A DNA stretch of 40,968 nt, taken from positions 1 to 40,968 of IMG/VR virus record IMGVR_UViG_3300032087_001028; one strand, 5' to 3'. Position numbers and translations under genes: made by a program. Below the pieces are notes generated by a model. That model was not told the origin of the DNA. It worked only from the letters and a program-made list of their open reading frames with translations, and did no database searches. This DNA comes from a virus (lineage: Duplodnaviria > Caudoviricetes). Position 1 is the stretch's first letter, and each line of letters opens with the position of its first letter. Below are positions 8,141-17,123 of this stretch, piece after piece.

Positions 8141-10359
8141 TGTATCAGCAAAGTTTATATAAAATATTAAAAGATCATATAAATCCTAAAACTATAAATA
8201 GATTTAACAAATCTAAAAAATGGAAATATGGATACAACAAAGAATATGATATTGTTGTAATTGGAAAAGATGGTACTATAGGTGATATATATGAAATACA
8301 AAATCTTAAAATAGCTTTACCAAAAGAGAAAGATGTTTATAGATTTAAAAATAATAAATGGACTAAGTTTGATTATCCAAAAGAGTTAAGTAAAATAAAA
8401 ACTGTTTTTGATTTTAAACAATACCCACAAGAATTTAAAGAAATTTGGTATGATTACATCGATAATGAATTTACTCGTAGGGAAGAGGGTTTTTGGTTTT
8501 ATAACAAAGATGTTCCTACTTACATTAGTGGTACTCATTACATGTACTTGCAGTGGTCTAAAATCGACGTGGGCGCTCCAAACTTTAGAGAAGCCAACAG
8601 ATTATTCTTTTTATTCTGGGAGGCTTGTAAAGCCGACGTACGGTCTTACGGGATGTGCTACCTTAAGAACAGACGTTCTGGGTTTTCCTTTATGGCATCC
8701 GGAGAGGTTGTCAATTTGGCAACCATATCCTCTGACTCTAGATATGGTATACTATCCAAGTCTGGGCCTGATGCAAAGACCATGTTCACTGATAAGGTGG
8801 TACCCATATCAGTCAACTACCCTTTCTTTTTCAAGCCGACGCAGGACGGTATGGACAGGCCAAAGACCGAGCTCGCCTACCGTGTCCCAGCCAGTAAATT
8901 TACCAGACGTAAACTTACCAGCGCTGCCGACGAAACCTTACAGGATCTCAAGGGATTGGACACCACAATCGACTGGAAGAACACGGGGGATAACTCCTAC
9001 GACGGTGAGAAACTCAAGCTCCTCGTTCACGACGAGTCCGGTAAATGGGAGAAGCCAAACAACATCCTCAACAACTGGAGGGTTACGAAGACAACATTAA
9101 GATTAGGTAGTAGAATAGTAGGCAAGTGCATGATGGGTTCAACTAGTAATGCGCTTGACAAAGGTGGGGATAACTTTAAAAAATTATATTATGATTCCGA
9201 TGTTACAAAACGAAACGCCAACGGACAGACTCGTTCGGGATTATATAGTCTGTTCATACCTATGGAATGGAATTACGAAGGATACATTGATTCTTATGGA
9301 TTACCTGTATTCGAAACACCTAGAACAAAGACAAAAGATCCTGATGGATATGAGATAAACTTAGGTGTAATTGATTATTGGAATAATGAAGTCGAGGGTT
9401 TAAAAGGAGATCAAGATGCTTTAAATGAATTTTATAGACAATTTCCAAGAACAGAAAAGCACGCGTTTAGAGATGAGACAAAAGCTTCTTTATTTAATTT
9501 AACTAAAATATATCAACAAATAGATTACAATGAAGAGATATTATTAAAATCTCCTCTAGTAACAACTGGTAGTTTTCAATGGGAAAATGGTATACAAGAT
9601 AGTAGAGTTATATTTGCTCCCCATAAAGATGGTAGATTTAAAATATCTTGGGTTCCACCGTTAAATTTACAAAATAATATTATTGTAAAAAACAATATTA
9701 AATATCCAGGTAATGAGCACATGGGTGCTTTTGGTTGTGATAGTTACGATATATCTGGTACCGTAGACAACAAAGGTTCAAAAGGATCTCTACATGGTTT
9801 AACAAAATTTAGTATGGAGGATTGTCCTCCTAATCATTTCTTTTTAGAATATATAGCTAGACCACAAACAGCTGATATATTTTTTGAAGATATATTAATG
9901 GCTTTAGTATTTTATGGCATGCCATTACTCGCAGAAAATAATAAACCTAGACTTTTATATTATTTAAAACGTAGAGGTTATAGAGGTTATTCAATGAATA
10001 GACCTGATAAAGTTTGGAATAAATTATCTACAACTGAAAAAGAAATAGGTGGTATACCAAACTCCAGTGAAGATATAAGACAAGCTCATGCAGCTGCAAT
10101 TGAATATTACATAGAAACACATGTTGGTGAAAAACCAGAAACATATGGTGATATGTATTTTCAAAGAACGCTAGAAGATTGGGCTAAATTTAATATAAAT
10201 AACAGAACGAAATATGATGCGTCTATTAGTTCTGGACTTGCTATAATGGCTTGTAATAAAAATAAATACAAACCAGTTGCTGAATTTAAAAGAGAGGTAG
10301 TACCTTTAGGATTTAAAAAATATAGTAACTCTGGTTATACTTCAAAAATTATACAATAA
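8140..10359 (+). CDS. terL: Terminase large subunit
   Basis: Walker A-like LKNRRSGFS, Walker B LLVHDESGK, coupling motif GSTSN, nuclease GCDSYD and KYDASISSG. Precedes the portal gene. Confidence 0.93.
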   Translation: MYQQSLYKILKDHINPKTINRFNKSKKWKYGYNKEYDIVVIGKDGTIGDIYEIQNLKIALPKEKDVYRFKNNKWTKFDYPKELSKIKTVFDFKQYPQEFKEIWYDYIDNEFTRREEGFWFYNKDVPTYISGTHYMYLQWSKIDVGAPNFREANRLFFLFWEACKADVRSYGMCYLKNRRSGFSFMASGEVVNLATISSDSRYGILSKSGPDAKTMFTDKVVPISVNYPFFFKPTQDGMDRPKTELAYRVPASKFTRRKLTSAADETLQDLKGLDTTIDWKNTGDNSYDGEKLKLLVHDESGKWEKPNNILNNWRVTKTTLRLGSRIVGKCMMGSTSNALDKGGDNFKKLYYDSDVTKRNANGQTRSGLYSLFIPMEWNYEGYIDSYGLPVFETPRTKTKDPDGYEINLGVIDYWNNEVEGLKGDQDALNEFYRQFPRTEKHAFRDETKASLFNLTKIYQQIDYNEEILLKSPLVTTGSFQWENGIQDSRVIFAPHKDGRFKISWVPPLNLQNNIIVKNNIKYPGNEHMGAFGCDSYDISGTVDNKGSKGSLHGLTKFSMEDCPPNHFFLEYIARPQTADIFFEDILMALVFYGMPLLAENNKPRLLYYLKRRGYRGYSMNRPDKVWNKLSTTEKEIGGIPNSSEDIRQAHAAAIEYYIETHVGEKPETYGDMYFQRTLEDWAKFNINNRTKYDASISSGLAIMACNKNKYKPVAEFKREVVPLGFKKYSNSGYTSKIIQ

Positions 10360-12774
10360 ATGCAAAGTGTTGACACTAATTATTTAAGTGGCTTTCCTAG
10401 TCAGGTAGTACCTGTTGAAGAAAAGAACACATACGAATACGGCTTGAAAGTAGCTAGAGCTATTGAAAACGAGTGGTTTAGTAATAATAGATATGGAAGC
10501 GGTAGCGTAAGATATGGCTTGTATAAAACTAATTATGCTGAATACCACAATAGAAGATTATATGCTAGAGGTGAGCAATCAATACAAAAATATAAAGATG
10601 AATTAGCTATTAACGGTGATTTATCTTATTTAAACTTAGACTGGAAACCTGTTCCAATTATTTCTAAATTTGTAGATATAGTTGTAAACGGTTTAGCTGA
10701 TAGAGATTACGATATAAAGGCTTATTCACAAGATCCAGACTCGGTACAAAAAAGAACTAACTATGCCAATGCTTTAATGAGAGATATTCAAACTAGAGAA
10801 TATCTACAAAAAGCTCAACAAGTATTAGGCATGGATTTATATTCAACTGAAAACAAAGATAATCTACCAGAAAACGAAGAAGAATTGTCTTTACATATGC
10901 AGCTTGATTATAAACAAAGTATAGAGATAGCAGAAGAAGAAGCTATATCAAATGTATTAGCTCAAAATAAATTTCACGAAACTAAAAAAAGAATATTACA
11001 TGATTTAGTAATACTTGGTATTGGAGCTGTTAAAACTAATTTTAATCCTGCAAATGGAGTAACTGTTGAGTATGTTGATCCTGCTAATTTAGTTTACTCA
11101 TATACAACTGATCCTAATTTTGAAGATTTATATTATGTAGGTGAAGTTAAAATGATTAGTATATCGGAGCTTAAAAAACAGTTTCCATATTTAACAGACG
11201 CTCAAATGAAACAAATTGAAAAGTTTCCAGGTGAGCAAAATTATTTAAGAAACTACAATGAAGCTCCTGATGTAGTTGCTGTAATGTTTTTTGAATATAA
11301 AACTTATATTGACCAAGTATTTAAAATTAAAAAGACAGATCAAGGATTAGAAAAAGCTTTAGACAAACCAGACACGTTTAATCCAGAGCCAAACGATAAA
11401 TTTGATAGAGTTGCTAGATCTATAGAAGTATTATATACTGGTGCTAAAGTTTTAGGTATAAATGAAATGATAAAGTGGGAGATGTCTGAGAATATGTCTA
11501 GACCTTTTGCTGATTCAACAAAAGTTAGAATGAATTATTCTATTTGTGCACCACGTATGTATCACGGTAGAATAGAATCAATGGTTAGCAGAATAACTGG
11601 ATTTGCTGATATGATTCAATTAACGCATTTAAAACTACAACAAGTTATATCTCGTATGGTACCAGATGGAGTATACGTAGATGTAGATGGTTTAGCTGAA
11701 GTTGATTTAGGTAATGGAACTAATTATAATCCATCAGAAGCTTTAAACATGTATTTCCAAACTGGTAGTATTGTTGGTAGAAGTTTAACGCAAGATGGTG
11801 ATCCTAATAGAGGTAAAGTTCCAATACAAGAATTAAGAACTTCAAATGGTGGCGCCAAACTACAAAGCCTTATACAGACTTATCAGTACTATTTACAGAT
11901 GATAAGAGACGTGACGGGATTAAATGAAGCTAGAGATGCTAGTACACCAGATCCAGACGCACTCGTAGGATTACAGAAACTAGCCGCTTACAACTCTAAT
12001 GTAGCAACTAGACACATATTGCAAGCTTCGTTATATTTAGCCGTTAGAACTGCAGAAAATATATCACTAAGAATAGCTGATTGTTTTGATTATGAACTAT
12101 TATCTGAGTCATTAAAACAGTCTATAAGTAATTTTAATGTTGGTACGTTAGATGAAATACAAAGCTTAAACTTATTTGATTTTGGTATCTATTTAGAACT
12201 AGAGCCTGATGAAGAAGAAAAAGCAATGTTAGAAAGAAGTATACAAATAGCTTTACAAAGTGGTGGTATTAATTTAGAAGATGCTATTGATATTAGAGAA
12301 ATAAATAATATTAAACTAGCAAACCAGTTATTAAAACTAAAACGTAAACAAAAGCAAGCTCAAGAACAGCAGCAGCAACAAGCTAATATACAAGCTCAAG
12401 CAGCGGCTAACGCACAAAGTGCAGAGCAAGCAGCATTATACGAAGTACAAAAACAAGAAGCTATTGCGCAAACACAACTGCAAATTGAACAAGGTAAATC
12501 TAATTTTGAAATACAAAAACTAGAAAAAGAAGCTCAAATTAAAAAAGAATTAATGGAGCAAGAGTTTCAATATCAGTTACGTTTAGCTGAAATGCAAGCA
12601 GCTGTTAAAAGAGAAAAAGAAAAAGAAATAGAAGATCGTAAAGATCAACGAACTAGAATACAAGCTACGCAGCAATCAGAAATGATTTCACAAAGAAAAA
12701 ATGATTCTTTACCTGTAGATTTTGAATCACAAAATGATACATTAGGTGGTTTTGAATTAGAGCAGTTTGCGTAG
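10360..12774 (+). CDS. Portal protein
   Basis: 804 aa immediately after terL. WKPVPIISKFVDIV, RDVTGLNEARD and a Gln-rich C-terminal coiled-coil barrel, as in podoviral portals. Confidence 0.88.
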   Translation: MQSVDTNYLSGFPSQVVPVEEKNTYEYGLKVARAIENEWFSNNRYGSGSVRYGLYKTNYAEYHNRRLYARGEQSIQKYKDELAINGDLSYLNLDWKPVPIISKFVDIVVNGLADRDYDIKAYSQDPDSVQKRTNYANALMRDIQTREYLQKAQQVLGMDLYSTENKDNLPENEEELSLHMQLDYKQSIEIAEEEAISNVLAQNKFHETKKRILHDLVILGIGAVKTNFNPANGVTVEYVDPANLVYSYTTDPNFEDLYYVGEVKMISISELKKQFPYLTDAQMKQIEKFPGEQNYLRNYNEAPDVVAVMFFEYKTYIDQVFKIKKTDQGLEKALDKPDTFNPEPNDKFDRVARSIEVLYTGAKVLGINEMIKWEMSENMSRPFADSTKVRMNYSICAPRMYHGRIESMVSRITGFADMIQLTHLKLQQVISRMVPDGVYVDVDGLAEVDLGNGTNYNPSEALNMYFQTGSIVGRSLTQDGDPNRGKVPIQELRTSNGGAKLQSLIQTYQYYLQMIRDVTGLNEARDASTPDPDALVGLQKLAAYNSNVATRHILQASLYLAVRTAENISLRIADCFDYELLSESLKQSISNFNVGTLDEIQSLNLFDFGIYLELEPDEEEKAMLERSIQIALQSGGINLEDAIDIREINNIKLANQLLKLKRKQKQAQEQQQQQANIQAQAAANAQSAEQAALYEVQKQEAIAQTQLQIEQGKSNFEIQKLEKEAQIKKELMEQEFQYQLRLAEMQAAVKREKEKEIEDRKDQRTRIQATQQSEMISQRKNDSLPVDFESQNDTLGGFELEQFA

Positions 12775-12804
12775 TATTTTTTATTAATTTTATATTATTT
12801 TATT

Positions 12805-13983
12805 ATGGCTAAAGACAAAGACACTGGATCTTTAAAGATCAAGAAAAAATCTATTAAGCAGCAGGTTACTAAAGATGAACCAGCTAAAGTAGATTTAACA
12901 AAAAAAATAGAAGAAACAGTTGAGCCAACTGTTGAAGCTAAAGTAGATTTAACACAAGTAAAACAAGAAGAAGATGCCGTTCAAGAGCAAAGCACAGATG
13001 ACAGCGATGCTACTATCGGACAACCCGAAGACAGTAGCGACAGCGAAAAAGTGGTTGAAGAAGTACGGGCCACCGAAGAGGAAAAAGTAGAAGAAGTTAC
13101 GCCTTTAAAAGAAGTAACTGAAGAAGAAGAAGTGGTTGCTCCAAAATTAGAACAACAACCACCTCAACAACAACTTCCAGAAAACATTGAAAAATTAGTA
13201 AAGTTTATGGAAGAAACAAATGGAACTATTGAAGACTATGTTAGATTAAATGCTGATTATAGTACAGTAGATACAAATGTTTTACTAAAAGAATACTACA
13301 AACAAAGTAAACCACATCTTAATGATGAGGAAATAAATTTTATCATGGAGGAAAATTTCCAATATGATGAAGATGTTGATGAAGAGCGAGACATCAAAAG
13401 AAAAAAACTCGCTTACAAAGAAGAGGTTGCTAAAGCCAAAAGCTTTTTAGATGATGTTAAAAATAAGTATTATGATCAGGTAAGATTAAGACCTGGTGTT
13501 ACTGAAGAACAACAAAAAGCTATTGACTTTTTTAACCGCTATCAAAAAAATCAGGAAGTTGCTTTACAACAACATGAAGATTTTAAACAAAAAACGTCTA
13601 GTTTATTTACTAATGAATTCAAAGGTTTTGATTTCAAAGTTGGTGAAAAGAAATTTAGATACGGTGTTAAAAATCCAAATGAAGTTGCAAAGGCTCAGAG
13701 TAATTTACAGGACTTTGTTCAGAAGTTCTTGGACGATAAGGGCAATGTAAAAGATACTCAAGGTTATCATAAAGCAATATTTGCTGCTAGAAACGCGGAC
13801 ACTATAGCGCAGCATTTTTATGAGCAAGGTAAAGCCGATGCTGTTAAAGATGTTGTTAATAAATCTAAAAATGTATCAACCGAGGCGCGTACGTCTCCAA
13901 GCAATGATGTATTTGTAGGTGGAATTAAAGTTCGTGCGATTAGTGGCTCTGATGTTAGTAAATTAAAAATTAGAAAACGATAA
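12805..13983 (+). CDS. Probable capsid scaffolding protein
   Basis: Acidic disordered N-terminus and helical C-terminus; lies between portal and capsid genes. Confidence 0.7.
   Translation: MAKDKDTGSLKIKKKSIKQQVTKDEPAKVDLTKKIEETVEPTVEAKVDLTQVKQEEDAVQEQSTDDSDATIGQPEDSSDSEKVVEEVRATEEEKVEEVTPLKEVTEEEEVVAPKLEQQPPQQQLPENIEKLVKFMEETNGTIEDYVRLNADYSTVDTNVLLKEYYKQSKPHLNDEEINFIMEENFQYDEDVDEERDIKRKKLAYKEEVAKAKSFLDDVKNKYYDQVRLRPGVTEEQQKAIDFFNRYQKNQEVALQQHEDFKQKTSSLFTNEFKGFDFKVGEKKFRYGVKNPNEVAKAQSNLQDFVQKFLDDKGNVKDTQGYHKAIFAARNADTIAQHFYEQGKADAVKDVVNKSKNVSTEARTSPSNDVFVGGIKVRAISGSDVSKLKIRKR
12974..13090 (+). CDS. Overprinted 38-aa basic peptide (MPFKS..Q type) in the +1 frame of the scaffold gene
   Basis: Hand translation MPFKSKAQMTAMLLSDNPKTVATAKKWLKKYGPPKRKK*. 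Local GC is elevated over this span. Confidence 0.55.
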   Translation: MPFKSKAQMTAMLLSDNPKTVATAKKWLKKYGPPKRKK

Positions 13984-14000
13984 TTTAAAAACAATTAATT

Positions 14001-15482
14001 ATGCCCTTAAATCCACAATTTGGTACGTTAAACCCGTCGCAGATTCAACAAATCACGTCGGATAACTACCTTAGTTTTACAGATGGTGCTAACGATTTTG
14101 CTCAGCAGTACCTACCTGAAATCTATGAGGCTGAAGTAGAGAGATATGGAAATAGAACTCTAGGAGGTTTCATTAGAATGGTCGGCGCTGAAATGCCGAT
14201 GACTTCTGACCAAGTAGTTTGGTCTGAACAAAATAGATTACATATATCTTACGATACTGTACAGCCATTAGGTGCTGCAGGAAACGTATTAGATTTATTT
14301 GTTGTTCCAACAGCAGGACTTACTAACGTAATTACTCCAGGTATGACTGTAGTAATTTTACCTAAGTCTGGTGGTGATTCAATCAAAGCTTATGTTGCTG
14401 ACTCTGGTATTGTTGCTGGATCTGCACTTAACGCTAATGAAATCCAAGTTTTCCCATATCAGGAAACTTCTGCTGGTAACGGACAAATTCCAGCTGATGC
14501 AGTAGGATATAAAGTATTCGTTTATGGTTCTGAATATCCAAAAGGAAGTTCAGGAGTATTAGAAAATGTTGAGCCTTCTTTTACTCAGTTCTCTAACAAA
14601 CCAGTTATTATTAGAGATAGATACGTTGTATCTGGATCTGATACTGCACAAATTGGTTGGGTTGAAGTAACTACAGAAGACGGTGCAACTGGATACTTAT
14701 GGTATCTAAAAGCTGAATCAGAAACAAGATTAAGATTTGAAGATTACTTAGAAATGGTAATGGTTGAAGGTGAAGACGCTGCTGTTGATGCAGGTTCTGC
14801 GAACTTATTCCATACTCAAGCGCAAGCTGGTATTGTTGATTTCAACGCTAACAACGCTGCTATTCTAGGTACTGAAGGTTTATTCTCTGCTATTGAAAAC
14901 AGAGGTAATGTATTCTCTGCTTTTGCTGGTGCGTTAGTAGACTTTGATGCTATTCTTGAGAATTTAGATAGCCAAGGAGCTATTGAAGAAAATATGTTAT
15001 TCTTAGACAGAGCTACTGAGCTTGATATTGATAACATGCTTGCTTCACAAAACTCTTATGGTATCGGTGGTACATCTTACGGTGTATTTGAAAATTCTGA
15101 AGAAATGGCTCTTAATTTACAGTTCTCAGGATTTAGAAGAGGATCTTACGATTTCTATAAGACAAGCTGGAAATACTTAAACGATGCTTCTACAAGAGGT
15201 GGTTCTAGTAACTTTACTACTGGAGATGACATCGAAGGAGTATTAATTCCTGCTGGTACTTCAACTGTTTATGACCAAATTCTTGGTACAAACATTAGAA
15301 GACCTTTCTTACACGTAAGATATAGAGCTTCTCAAACTGATGACAGAAGAATGAAATCATGGATCACTGGTTCTGTCGGTGGTGCTTTCACTTCTGATCT
15401 TGATGCGATGGAAGTTCACTTCTTATCTGAAAGATGTCTATGTGTACAAGGTGCTAACAACTTTGTATTAATGACAGCTTAA
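14001..15482 (+). CDS. Major capsid protein
   Basis: 493 aa after the scaffold gene, with codon usage suggesting high expression (TTC/AAC/GCT/GGT). Followed by a UUCG hairpin. Confidence 0.85.
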   Translation: MPLNPQFGTLNPSQIQQITSDNYLSFTDGANDFAQQYLPEIYEAEVERYGNRTLGGFIRMVGAEMPMTSDQVVWSEQNRLHISYDTVQPLGAAGNVLDLFVVPTAGLTNVITPGMTVVILPKSGGDSIKAYVADSGIVAGSALNANEIQVFPYQETSAGNGQIPADAVGYKVFVYGSEYPKGSSGVLENVEPSFTQFSNKPVIIRDRYVVSGSDTAQIGWVEVTTEDGATGYLWYLKAESETRLRFEDYLEMVMVEGEDAAVDAGSANLFHTQAQAGIVDFNANNAAILGTEGLFSAIENRGNVFSAFAGALVDFDAILENLDSQGAIEENMLFLDRATELDIDNMLASQNSYGIGGTSYGVFENSEEMALNLQFSGFRRGSYDFYKTSWKYLNDASTRGGSSNFTTGDDIEGVLIPAGTSTVYDQILGTNIRRPFLHVRYRASQTDDRRMKSWITGSVGGAFTSDLDAMEVHFLSERCLCVQGANNFVLMTA

Positions 15483-15491
15483 TACTTTTAT

Positions 15492-15523
15492 AAGGTAAGG
15501 GCGCTTCGGCGCCCATATACCTT
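15492..15523 (+). terminator. Stable C(UUCG)G hairpin after the capsid gene (weak terminator or mRNA stabiliser)
   Basis: GGGCGC-TTCG-GCGCCC at 15499-15514, with outer AAGGTA/TACCTT pairing and a poor U-tract. Confidence 0.65.
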
Positions 15524-15547
15524 TAACTTATTTAATTATATTATATC

Positions 15548-16324
15548 ATGACAAAAAAGAAAAAAGAAAAAGAGGTTGTTGTTGACAACTCTTGGGAAAT
15601 AAAAGATAGACAATATTATTTGTTAGGTGGTAAAGAACCACTAACATATACACTATCTTCAAGACATACACAAAGATACCCTTTACTTTGGTTTGATGAA
15701 GAAAAGAAAGAGCAAAGAGCTTTAAGATACGCAACAAATCAAGCATCACCATTTGTTGATGAGCAAAAAGGAGAAGTAACATTAAAACATATTCAATTTA
15801 AAGACGGTGTTTTAAATGTTCCAAAACAATATCAAGCTTTACAAAAACTATTATCATTATATCACCCAGCATTAAATAAAAAATATGCTGAAAGAAAACC
15901 TGTTCAGGTTGCTACTAATGAAGTAGAAGAAATAGAGTTTGAAATAGACGCGCTTAACGTTGCTAGAGGTATGGATATTGATTTAGCTGAAGCAATATTA
16001 AGAGTTGAAAAAGGAACAAAGGTATCTGAGTTAAGCACAAAAGAACTTAAAAGAGATATATTAGTTTTTGCTAAGAAAAATCCTAAGCTTTTTATTAAAC
16101 TAGCGGCAGATGAAAATATACAACTTAGAAATATAGCTATTAAAGCTGTTGAGCAAGGTATATTAATGTTGGCTAATAAAAACAAAGATTTTGTTTGGGC
16201 TGAAACTAAAGAACAAATAATGAAAGTTCCTTTTGGAGAAAATCCATATAGCGCTTTTGCTAGTTTCTTACAAACTGACGAAGGTATTATGGTTTTAAAA
16301 TCTATTGAAAAGAAACTATACTAG
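15548..16324 (+). CDS. Hypothetical phage protein
   Basis: 258-aa ORF between capsid and tail genes, with an AT-rich leader. Confidence 0.8.
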   Translation: MTKKKKEKEVVVDNSWEIKDRQYYLLGGKEPLTYTLSSRHTQRYPLLWFDEEKKEQRALRYATNQASPFVDEQKGEVTLKHIQFKDGVLNVPKQYQALQKLLSLYHPALNKKYAERKPVQVATNEVEEIEFEIDALNVARGMDIDLAEAILRVEKGTKVSELSTKELKRDILVFAKKNPKLFIKLAADENIQLRNIAIKAVEQGILMLANKNKDFVWAETKEQIMKVPFGENPYSAFASFLQTDEGIMVLKSIEKKLY

Positions 16325-16332
16325 TAAATAAT

Positions 16333-16358
16333 AAGGCGGGTTCGCCCGCCTTTTATTA
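16333..16358 (+). terminator. Rho-independent terminator (possibly bidirectional)
   Basis: AAGGCGGG-TTCG-CCCGCCTT followed by TTATTA, with A-rich sequence upstream. Confidence 0.8.
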
Positions 16359-16373
16359 TAATAAAAATATACT

Positions 16374-17120
16374 ATGGCTATAAACGTAAACACTGTATAC
16401 AGAACCGTGTTGTCAATTTTAAATAAAGAACAACGTGGCTATATGACGCCTGATGAATTTAATAAAACGGCTACACAAGTACAGTTAGATATATTTGAAA
16501 AATACTTTGATGATTTAAATCAACAGTTACGCGTGGCGCAAACAGATACTGATTATGCGGACAGGCAAATGAATATAGACGAAAAAATAGCTATATTTAA
16601 AACCTTTGGAACTTGTACTTATGTGCCAGGCCAGGGGTATTTTGATTTACCTACAACAGACTTTTACGGAACTACACCCGAGTTTTATAGACTTGGAACT
16701 GTTGTATACAATGACGACGTAGAACTACAAAGACTAGATAGACAAGATTTTTACTATGCTGAAAAATCTAAACTAACTAGAGCGTCAATTACATTTCCAA
16801 CTTACTTATATGAAAACGAAAGAGTATTCGTTAGACCTACTAGTATACAAACTGGTATAACAGCTAACTATGTGCGCAAGCCTAATGATGTTAGATGGGG
16901 TTATCAAATTGGTGGCCAAGGTCAGTATGTATATGATCCATCAGCATATAATGAAACTACAAACCCTACTGGTTCTGTACAGTTTGAGCTTCACCCATCT
17001 GAACAAAGTGAAGTTATAATAAAAATATTAATGTACGCGGGTATTATAATTAGAGATCCGCAAATAGTACAAGCTGCAGCTCAAGAAGCGGCAATGAATG
17101 AGCAAAACGAAAAAATATAA
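16374..17120 (+). CDS. Putative tail ring/adaptor protein
   Basis: LNKEQRGYMTPDEFN N-terminus and YVRKP motif; first gene of the tail block. Confidence 0.6.
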   Translation: MAINVNTVYRTVLSILNKEQRGYMTPDEFNKTATQVQLDIFEKYFDDLNQQLRVAQTDTDYADRQMNIDEKIAIFKTFGTCTYVPGQGYFDLPTTDFYGTTPEFYRLGTVVYNDDVELQRLDRQDFYYAEKSKLTRASITFPTYLYENERVFVRPTSIQTGITANYVRKPNDVRWGYQIGGQGQYVYDPSAYNETTNPTGSVQFELHPSEQSEVIIKILMYAGIIIRDPQIVQAAAQEAAMNEQNEKI

Positions 17121-17123
17121 TAA

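Noticed and set aside
8560-9095. Intron or intein explanation for the terL GC island
   Set aside because: The island encodes the core ATPase motifs in frame; there are no splice-junction motifs and no extra length.
9149-9358. Further +1-frame ORFs (9149..9358, 7529..7717, 13496..13750)
   Set aside because: Short, with no recognisable motif and no clear compositional signal; compatible with chance.
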